IMG/VR virus record: IMGVR_UViG_3300033146_001635
Location: 30,584-94,583 of that record
Strand: one strand, 5' to 3'
DNA from: a virus
Length of the DNA stretch: 64,000 bases
The notes under the pieces were generated by a model. The model saw only the letters and a program-made list of their open reading frames with translations, was not told the DNA's origin and did no database searches. Shown piece after piece: positions 56,390-64,000 of this stretch. Each line of letters starts with the position of its first letter. Positions within the stretch are counted from its first letter, which is position 1. Made by a program: the position numbers and the translations under genes.

Positions 56390-56616
56390 ATTCCTCCATC
56401 CTCTTTGCTGTTATAAGAATTGATAATAAACAAAGTTTATATTATTATTACATATATATAGCATAACCCATATACTATATATTACTATGTTGGAATTTTA
56501 TATTATAACAAACTCATATTATAATAAAATAAAACAATTCAATAAATTAAAAAATAGATAGAGTAGAAGGAAAATCAGAAAGGATGAAAATTACAAAATA
56601 GAGTAGAAATCAATCA

Positions 56617-58122
56617 TCAAACAGCAGTCACATTTATACTTCCAAATCTCTTATTGCTATTACTCGGCAATGCAATTCTAAGATAAACATCACCCGTTCT
56701 AACAGTAGATCCAAATGTAATTCTCTTAGAGGTAGCTGATGACATACTATATACCATAGCATAATCACCATTGTTAGAAGGTGAACCAACACCCGGATAT
56801 GCATGATTGCAATCCAACCATCCAGTCACTCCAAGTACCTGTATATAGATTTGAATACCACTTGTTTCAACACCATTCCATGTGCCAGAAGTATTTGAAA
56901 ATACTAGATTTAATCCAGATTTATTATCTATATGAATAGTCTTGAAGGCAACCCATCTATCATCATTCCCCATACCAGATGAATAATCTGGACCTGCTGT
57001 TGGTAAGTTGCTTGAATAGTTTCCATGTGGGAATTGATATTGCCCATTAAGTAATTGAAGCTCATGGTAATATGAGGAATCTTTGAGAGATATAGTTGAG
57101 TCGTATGTATCACCATATTCATTATCGGAGATTCCGAAGGAGGGATATTGTGTGTTGCCGGAGCGGACTCGGTTTTCTTGGGATATGGTATCTACTCGGG
57201 AGTGAGATTCTATCTCAGAGGATGGCGACTGACCCTTTGAATTATATGGCACACAAACGACACTAACATTCTCATTATACCTATTATTCTGAATAGTTAG
57301 TGTAGTTGCCACATTTATCACATCGCCTTCTGATGGAGGTGTGAGTGGATCGAAATAAACAATATCGGTGTCAACTGAATAAACTCTTGCCACATAATTA
57401 TTATGATAATGTTTTCCCACGGCATTATTCAAATCAGCATGGAATCCCAATGAATCACCAACTTCAAGTGAGGGAACACCGGAAATCCATCTATTGCAAT
57501 TATTTGGAAGAATAACTTGTGCAGATGTAATTGTTGCAGTTTGAGGATTATCAACCCATATTGAATTAATGGAACTTCCTGATTGGGAATGTGTCAGAGC
57601 AAATTCATGTTTATCATATGATAATGGTGAAGTTGGAAGAATCTCAGCTGACAATTGTTTCCATATCCCTTCTTTACCTGATTGTCCAGCATATGGATCT
57701 GAATCATCTATGATAGTTAAATAATCATCATGTTTTCCAGTATCATCATCAGGGGTGATTGTTATAACACCATGAGAGACAGAATCTATTTCACAAGTGA
57801 GAATTCCATCATCACCATTGAAAAAGTTTTCAGCTGTTGCTTTTGGTGTGGTATCATCTGTGCAATTATGAACATCAGATGTTGATTCTTGTCTTGCGGT
57901 ATATATTGATTCGAATACTAATGGAGTTGTTGATAAATCATCTGGCTTTGGTGGCAGCAATTTCAAAAGTAATTCGTTTAAATCATCAAATGCATTTGAG
58001 CATTTATATGCTGGATTCCAATTATTAAAGAATCCATCAGAATAAGTTCCATCATCGGGAGTGCCAATATTACCAGTTCCCGATGATGGACTTTGATTTG
58101 GAGGTAAATTATCGTATAGCAT
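56617..58122 (-). CDS. Virion structural protein
   Basis: 501 aa, S/T/G/D-rich beta protein in fibre operon. Confidence 0.65.
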   Translation of the reverse strand: MLYDNLPPNQSPSSGTGNIGTPDDGTYSDGFFNNWNPAYKCSNAFDDLNELLLKLLPPKPDDLSTTPLVFESIYTARQESTSDVHNCTDDTTPKATAENFFNGDDGILTCEIDSVSHGVITITPDDDTGKHDDYLTIIDDSDPYAGQSGKEGIWKQLSAEILPTSPLSYDKHEFALTHSQSGSSINSIWVDNPQTATITSAQVILPNNCNRWISGVPSLEVGDSLGFHADLNNAVGKHYHNNYVARVYSVDTDIVYFDPLTPPSEGDVINVATTLTIQNNRYNENVSVVCVPYNSKGQSPSSEIESHSRVDTISQENRVRSGNTQYPSFGISDNEYGDTYDSTISLKDSSYYHELQLLNGQYQFPHGNYSSNLPTAGPDYSSGMGNDDRWVAFKTIHIDNKSGLNLVFSNTSGTWNGVETSGIQIYIQVLGVTGWLDCNHAYPGVGSPSNNGDYAMVYSMSSATSKRITFGSTVRTGDVYLRIALPSNSNKRFGSINVTAV

Positions 58123-58139
58123 ATTTTATAATCTTTATA

Positions 58140-58916
58140 TTAATAATAAATTATACATTTGCCATCTGATGCAATTTGCCCTTGATGGCTATACCAGTGG
58201 TTATCATATGTTTTTAACCAATCACCACCGCCACCTCCAGCACCAGTATTTGCACCCGGTGGCACATTACCACCACCTCCACTATCCCAGTTCATGTGGC
58301 CATTACCACCATTTCCATATGATGCACCTCCACCACCACCCCATATAGTATAAGTACCCGGCGCACCACCGAAACCAAAACCTGGCACTGATTCACCACC
58401 TTCAGCTGGTAATGCAGAAGAGCTAGAAGGTGCTGCTGTTGATATAGGTGTGAATCCTTTGCCACCACGCCCACCATTTAAATACCATGCAATTGATCCA
58501 GAAGATTGAATATCAGTGGATATATTCTTAACAGTGAATGTTTTAAATAATCCTTGTATTTCACTATCACCACCAACTAAATAATCATCCCAAGCATTAG
58601 GAGCAGCAGCACCAATTGTAATAGATAGATTAGCGTCAATATAAATATTGGTGATAAATATAATATCTCCACCAGCACCACCATTTCCACCATAATTAAA
58701 ACCCTCACTGTTTGTACCAGCATCTTGCCCATGTTGACCAGCAGCAACTAAAACAAATCCTATATTGGTTACACCAGATGGCACAGTAAATGTACCAGAT
58801 GCATTGAATTCTTGTTGGTGTTCATATATAGATAAATCACCCAATCCACCAGTTAGTCCACCCGGCATTTTAGAATAGCCACCACTACTACCACCACATA
58901 AATCTGATAATCTCAT
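58140..58916 (-). CDS. Glycine-rich tail fibre tip / adhesin-like protein
   Basis: SGTFTVPSGVT and multiple GGxGG motifs. Confidence 0.7.
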   Translation of the reverse strand: MRLSDLCGGSSGGYSKMPGGLTGGLGDLSIYEHQQEFNASGTFTVPSGVTNIGFVLVAAGQHGQDAGTNSEGFNYGGNGGAGGDIIFITNIYIDANLSITIGAAAPNAWDDYLVGGDSEIQGLFKTFTVKNISTDIQSSGSIAWYLNGGRGGKGFTPISTAAPSSSSALPAEGGESVPGFGFGGAPGTYTIWGGGGGASYGNGGNGHMNWDSGGGGNVPPGANTGAGGGGGDWLKTYDNHWYSHQGQIASDGKCIIYY

Positions 58917-58928
58917 TTTATATTCCTC

Positions 58929-59399
58929 TTATATATGTGAAAATATATTTTGTTTGTAATAAACATTCCAACCAATTTCTTTATTTATATATTTCAATAA
59001 AACATATTGGTCTTTAACATCACAAATCAAATCTTCTATTTTTGATAATATTCTATTTCCATTGGAATTAATAATTAGATTATTTCTATTCCAAGAACTA
59101 GCAAAATCTCTTATTTCAATTGTTTGATCTATTTTAGGAAATTGAGGTAATGTTAAAGTTAAACTTCTTAAAAATGTATTATATAAAAAATAATAATTGT
59201 TCTGTGTATTGATTGTATAATCCACAGACATTGTTATCCATGTTTTTTTATCATATTGAAATTTCTCAAATAAGCCATCTTTCTTATAATCAGATATTAA
59301 TTTATTATGCGCATTTGAAAAAGTTGTTTTATCCAACATATGATTAGATGGCATTTTTTCATAATATTTGGTAAATATTTGTTCTTTTAAATTATTCAT
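58929..59399 (-). CDS. Tail fibre-associated protein
   Basis: LTLPQFPKIDQTIEIRD..SW..NNLII..NGN domain, paralogous to 59676..60290. Confidence 0.6.
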   Translation of the reverse strand: MNNLKEQIFTKYYEKMPSNHMLDKTTFSNAHNKLISDYKKDGLFEKFQYDKKTWITMSVDYTINTQNNYYFLYNTFLRSLTLTLPQFPKIDQTIEIRDFASSWNRNNLIINSNGNRILSKIEDLICDVKDQYVLLKYINKEIGWNVYYKQNIFSHI

Positions 59400-59404
59400 T
59401 ATAA

Positions 59405-59656
59405 TTATATTGTCTTATGTAATGTAACATATATTGGGTTTATATTTTTTATTATTTTTACCAATTTACCTTTTTCATTTAATATATGAGTTTTTTCAAT
59501 TTTATTATATAAAAGATAATCTGGAAATTTTTCATCAATTACACATTGACTAATTACCACATCATCATCTATATAAAAAACATTAATATGTGTATTTAAA
59601 AAATCAGAATCAGCTATTATAGGATTTATTTTATTACCTCTGATTTGAATAATCAT
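59405..59656 (-). CDS. Hypothetical protein
   Basis: 83 aa; GAGG RBS. Confidence 0.55.
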   Translation of the reverse strand: MIIQIRGNKINPIIADSDFLNTHINVFYIDDDVVISQCVIDEKFPDYLLYNKIEKTHILNEKGKLVKIIKNINPIYVTLHKTI

Positions 59657-59675
59657 AATATATTAAACCTCTAAT

Positions 59676-60290
59676 TTATAAAATTTTCCATCCAACTGTT
59701 GAATTACCTGTATATACCAAAGTTATATGACAATTGTTAATATCACAAATTAATGTGCCATCCCCATTTATATTATTTCCATTACCATTAATGGTTAAAT
59801 TGTGTGTTCCCCACGTACCACGTAAATCAGAAAATATAACTGTGTCTCCAACTGTGGGAGAACTATTTAAAGTGAATGTCCAAGCTCCACCAGATGTATC
59901 TGCAAATATTCCATGTGTATGTTCTGTCCATCCAGATGTATTACTATTATTTGATTTCGTTAACCAAGTAATAAGACTATTGGCAACTTTGGAATGTGCT
60001 GATGACCATACTTTTGTAGTTGATAGAACAGTATCATCAATAAATGCAAATTCCTGACTTAGCTTATTAATTGACCAAACTTGAGTAGTTGATGAAATAG
60101 GAGCTTGGTCATTAACTTCTGTGATACCTCCACCTCCACCTCCAATATTAGCATGTAACCAATTTGTTCTTTTAACCAGCTGTTCAATTGGAATATTAGC
60201 TACACCACCAGCATCACCTTCAACTTTGTCACCTTTGCTGACACCTCTTATTGTTGCTACCCATTCAGACAAATTAGGAATATCGTACAT
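59676..60290 (-). CDS. Tail fibre protein
   Basis: GGVANIPIEQLVKRTNWL fibre N-terminus; ADTSGGAWTFTL...GWK domain. Confidence 0.65.
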   Translation of the reverse strand: MYDIPNLSEWVATIRGVSKGDKVEGDAGGVANIPIEQLVKRTNWLHANIGGGGGGITEVNDQAPISSTTQVWSINKLSQEFAFIDDTVLSTTKVWSSAHSKVANSLITWLTKSNNSNTSGWTEHTHGIFADTSGGAWTFTLNSSPTVGDTVIFSDLRGTWGTHNLTINGNGNNINGDGTLICDINNCHITLVYTGNSTVGWKIL

Positions 60291-60322
60291 AATTAAATAC
60301 CTATATATTTTTTATTTGTTAT

Positions 60323-60796
60323 TTAAACATATCTTATATCATCAAGTTGTGATTGTAAATTATCAATTTGATTTTGTAAATCATTTCGTAAATTATTTAA
60401 CATTGTATCAACTTCTGTTTTTGTATAATAGAAAGTTGGATTAAATGAAGACTGCCCAATACCTGTTGGTGTATATATTCCCCATGCTTTTCCTATACAG
60501 ACACATTGACAAATTTGGTTACTTCGTACAATTGATAATATTCCACCACCAACATTATCATATATTTGTAATGCACCAACTCCAATTGTAGAATTGATTA
60601 TCCAAAACATCATTCCATCAGCTTCATTTGGGTCGGGTAATATAACATCTATCACGCCATCACATGGATTCAATTTTTGTAAGCACGCATCAGATTTTGT
60701 TAAAGTCTTTGTATTTGTTAATTCTTCTTCATTCGGATTTAAACAATATAAAGATTTAATATATGAGCGTGTTAAATTATATGCTCTACCTGCCAT
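60323..60796 (-). CDS. Tail fibre-associated protein
   Basis: N-terminal domain paralogous to 60826..61845; YTKTEVD motif. Confidence 0.6.
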   Translation of the reverse strand: MAGRAYNLTRSYIKSLYCLNPNEEELTNTKTLTKSDACLQKLNPCDGVIDVILPDPNEADGMMFWIINSTIGVGALQIYDNVGGGILSIVRSNQICQCVCIGKAWGIYTPTGIGQSSFNPTFYYTKTEVDTMLNNLRNDLQNQIDNLQSQLDDIRYV

Positions 60797-60825
60797 TTTA
60801 TTATATTCTCCCTAATATATATTTT

Positions 60826-61845
60826 TTATGAAAATACATTTCCACCTTGATTTTGACCAATTCCTAATTCTGCTGATGTTGTGCCAGCCATAACAATTGT
60901 TCCACCATTATCTAAATAATATGCATAATCAGATGGCATCGGTTGTGGATTACTACTTTCAGTTAAAGCTTTTTTACAATCATCCATCATTACATGATAA
61001 TCACCTGATACATATACACAATTTTCTAAATTACCAAAAGATGTATTGATGATATTTATATTATTATGACTTGATAAATTTTTTTCACAATAAATTCCAT
61101 TTCCATGTGTATTTGGAATTGTATTAATTAATCTCGAATCTCGAACATGTAATACAGAATTGATATTACCAACAAAGTGTATATTTGTCGATTCTGATTC
61201 AATATTAAATTTTTCTATAGTAAAACTAATATTTTTATTATCTGATAGATATATGGGGTAAATTGTTGCAGATGTTATCTTGGGCCTACATGTTGGAGTT
61301 GTTGGTAAAATATTAATTAACCCTCCACCATAAAATCCATTTAGTTGAATTCCATAATTAATAAAGTCACCATCAAAATAAAAATTGATTGTTTTATTTA
61401 TATGCACATATCTTTGAATATTCTGAATAACATTATTAATATCAGCAGGAGTCATTGATGGAGTAAATGAATAATTTTCAGTTTCAAATGGTAATGATTG
61501 ATATGATGAATCAAAAGTATTATATGATTGCCATACTTGTCCAAGACAAATAAATTGTCGACTTACACCAGGTCGTAAATCAAACAATTTATTTGTTTGA
61601 TTAAAATCATAAATCTCTAAAATCCCATTTAATGCAGAAGAATTAATTATATTGAATATCATTCCATCACAATATATTTCCTCTGGCAAAATAACTTTAT
61701 AAGTATTATTACCAGGATTTAAACATTGTAATGAAGAATCCAAAGGAATTAAATTTTTATCAGCTGATATAACTTCTACATTTGGATTTAAATATTGTAT
61801 ATTTCCTAAAATAGTTTTAGGTTGTACATATGCTCTAGTTGCCAT
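60826..61845 (-). CDS. Tail fibre/spike protein with beta-helix-like region
   Basis: GFYGGG and repetitive N/I-rich beta segments. Confidence 0.6.
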   Translation of the reverse strand: MATRAYVQPKTILGNIQYLNPNVEVISADKNLIPLDSSLQCLNPGNNTYKVILPEEIYCDGMIFNIINSSALNGILEIYDFNQTNKLFDLRPGVSRQFICLGQVWQSYNTFDSSYQSLPFETENYSFTPSMTPADINNVIQNIQRYVHINKTINFYFDGDFINYGIQLNGFYGGGLINILPTTPTCRPKITSATIYPIYLSDNKNISFTIEKFNIESESTNIHFVGNINSVLHVRDSRLINTIPNTHGNGIYCEKNLSSHNNINIINTSFGNLENCVYVSGDYHVMMDDCKKALTESSNPQPMPSDYAYYLDNGGTIVMAGTTSAELGIGQNQGGNVFS

Positions 61846-61868
61846 TGTATGTATTTCCTTTATTTATA

Positions 61869-62930
61869 TTATGAATAGATTCTTCCACCGTTTTCATAAT
61901 ATGCATTATCAATAATACCAGAAGGTGAATGATTATCCCATAAATTGATTTCAGATCCATTTAATGAACCAATACCATATTGGGGTTTTGTTGTATCATT
62001 GGCATAACAATCAGTAATAGATATTCTTGACATATTAGTTGCCAATATTCCAAATGCACCTTTATTTGTAAAAGTAGATGTTATAATACCAGATGATTTA
62101 GAATAATAAATATCATTTCCATATTCATCATCACTTCTTATATTGCAATATGATATATCAGTATATTTGGAATTCATAACCACTATTCCACCAAAATTAT
62201 TATTTGATGGATTTGGTAAACTTCCATAATAACAATTTAATCCCTTTATAGAAATATCAATATCACAATTATTTATTTTGAATACTGGGACTTTACTTGA
62301 ATGACTATCTATATTGACATTATATATTTCCGTTGGAAATGTAGGATAGTTGATAGAACTTATTTCAATTGTTCCATCACCATTAAATCTATTAAATTCT
62401 AAAGGTGCATCTAAAGTATATCCACCATCTTCAAATATAAAATGAACTTTTGACTGATAAACAATATTTGGTTTAACTTGATCGATTAAAACTTGCATAT
62501 CAGCTCTGGTCATTGCTGGATTAAAAATAATTGTTAAATCAGATGTAGTTGCACCAATGACTTGTAATTCCTGTTGAATGATTGCAATTTGATTTTTGAT
62601 ATTATTTATTTCATTTAAGATATATCCACTATCTAATGTATAATCATTTAATGAACCACCTGCATATAATGGATTTAGACTTCTTGATATTTCAAGCCAT
62701 TCCATACCATCATATAATAATACAAGTGTATCACCAACTTTTCCTTGAAAATCAACCCCAGCTTGTAATTTAATATCATTGTTAGATTTGAATATAGAAT
62801 CATTTGCAAAGATAAAATATCTTACATCATCAGGATGACCACCAGATAAATTTTCAATAGGTATTGTTGTATCAACAATATAAACATCATCATGAGATAT
62901 ATCTGGATTGGGAACAGGATCTAAAATCAT
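61869..62930 (-). CDS. Tail spike-like protein with beta-helix-like region
   Basis: C-terminal half parallels 60826..61845. Confidence 0.6.
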   Translation of the reverse strand: MILDPVPNPDISHDDVYIVDTTIPIENLSGGHPDDVRYFIFANDSIFKSNNDIKLQAGVDFQGKVGDTLVLLYDGMEWLEISRSLNPLYAGGSLNDYTLDSGYILNEINNIKNQIAIIQQELQVIGATTSDLTIIFNPAMTRADMQVLIDQVKPNIVYQSKVHFIFEDGGYTLDAPLEFNRFNGDGTIEISSINYPTFPTEIYNVNIDSHSSKVPVFKINNCDIDISIKGLNCYYGSLPNPSNNNFGGIVVMNSKYTDISYCNIRSDDEYGNDIYYSKSSGIITSTFTNKGAFGILATNMSRISITDCYANDTTKPQYGIGSLNGSEINLWDNHSPSGIIDNAYYENGGRIYS

Positions 62931-63029
62931 TTTATTATTTTACCTCTATTTTTATTTTTTAAATAAATATTTATATAGTGAATATTTATCAATATTATGT
63001 TCTTTAAATTTCTTTATTTTCGATATTGT

Positions 63030-63563
63030 TTATGGAGCATCATCTTGCCAGTTTGATGGAACTGTTGATGGTGAATACCAATTTTTAGATCCATCTGAAA
63101 ATGTAATTAAATACCAACCTGATGTTATACTATTTGGATTATTATCTTGTGTTCGAGAAACAGCTTTTCCATGACCTCTAACATAACTCCAGAATGAAGC
63201 ATATGGGTCACTATGACCACTTCCACCACCAGATGAACCTGAACTACTTCCTGAACTACTTGATGAACTAGAAGCGGTTAAATCACCGAAATAATGGAAA
63301 TCATATACATACACTTCACTTACTTTCTTTTCTAATACATTTGATGTAATATCTTTTGTTGGGTCTTTATCTGGATATTCTGTTTCTTCTGTATATACTC
63401 TAACCCATTTAGTCATTTGTAATTCAATTATTAAATTTCTGAAATCAACAGTTACACCATCATCTTCTGGAAATTTTAAAATTTCTTTTATACATTTTAA
63501 ATCATTACTTGTTTGATATGTTTCGACTATTTTTAAAAATGGTTGATAATTTGAATTTCCCAT
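63030..63563 (-). CDS. Hypothetical protein with Ser/Gly linker
   Basis: 177 aa. Confidence 0.6.
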   Translation of the reverse strand: MGNSNYQPFLKIVETYQTSNDLKCIKEILKFPEDDGVTVDFRNLIIELQMTKWVRVYTEETEYPDKDPTKDITSNVLEKKVSEVYVYDFHYFGDLTASSSSSSSGSSSGSSGGGSGHSDPYASFWSYVRGHGKAVSRTQDNNPNSITSGWYLITFSDGSKNWYSPSTVPSNWQDDAP

Positions 63564-63574
63564 ATTATTATTCT

Positions 63575-64000
63575 CTATGCATGATTATTAATAAAATCGC
63601 CAAAACCGGGTAATTGTGATGCACCATTTGAATAAACTTGTTTTGCTGATGCAGTATCATCTTTTATTACTTCACCACCATAAACTTGCTTATCTAATTG
63701 TTTATCATAAAACCAAACTTTATAAGAAGTTCCATTTTGTTTGACATACATTAAATATCTATCTTGATCTCCCCACATTTCAAACCATCCTCTTCCCACA
63801 GCCGCATCTATATTAGATGCAGTTTGTTCAGCTATCAAATCATTGATTTCTGGATTGTTTGGATCTGAGGTTATATTGTGAGGTCCGGTTGCACCATTAG
63901 AAGTTGAATTGGGATCTATTTCAGAATCATCAATTGATATTTTTCTACCAGCATTTACTTTAATACATTTATCATATTTTAAATATTCATCAGAATCTTT
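63575..64000 (-). CDS. Hypothetical protein (partial, starts beyond window end)
   Basis: Frame of the 63575..63838 ORF is open to position 64000. Confidence 0.65.
   Translation of the reverse strand, partial: KDSDEYLKYDKCIKVNAGRKISIDDSEIDPNSTSNGATGPHNITSDPNNPEINDLIAEQTASNIDAAVGRGWFEMWGDQDRYLMYVKQNGTSYKVWFYDKQLDKQVYGGEVIKDDTASAKQVYSNGASQLPGFGDFINNHA

Noticed and set aside
57120-57240. Local GC-richer patch in the 501-aa structural gene
   Set aside because: Frame is intact and no boundaries or repeats are visible; may be codon noise or a small recombined patch
3877-63174. Antisense or nested small ORFs (e.g. 3877+, 6792-, 14367+, 20185+, 29007+, 31589-, 44277+, 59734+, 62908+)
   Set aside because: They lie within longer, better-supported genes and lack RBS or recognisable motifs
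1-64000. Genome-wide stop-codon reassignment
   Set aside because: Long genes are intact in code 11 and TGA/TAG end many genes at coupled junctions; only one in-frame TGA was seen

Overview
A very AT-rich 64-kb segment of a large, probably jumbo, contractile-tailed (T4-like module) bacteriophage. The amidase endolysin and a lipoprotein suggest a bacterial, probably Gram-negative, host. Minus-strand blocks carry virion genes: gp6-like wedge, gp25-, gp26/gp51-like proteins, tail tube, tail sheath, many fibre-like proteins and a lysis-like region. They are preceded by a recurrent candidate late promoter, RGAACATAWWAWYGA. Accessory blocks, mostly on the plus strand, encode an HD alarmone hydrolase, a radical SAM protein with partner, a dNMP kinase, a PNK-like kinase and MazG. 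The main unexplained features are: (1) a ~2.9-kb non-coding array (37.68-40.61 kb) of ~43 covarying 17-nt hairpins, each followed by a short GC-rich variable segment, with no cas gene in the window; (2) a dispersed family of at least 9 paralogous proteins with (I/L)xE-rich leaders, usually one hydrophobic helix, and paired Cys motifs; (3) a candidate ncRNA with two tandem H-type pseudoknots at 48.63-48.81 kb; (4) a likely +1 frameshift joining the gp26- and gp51-like ORFs; (5) a DUF192-like gene split by one in-frame TGA. All family assignments are from motif recognition by eye, not database searches.
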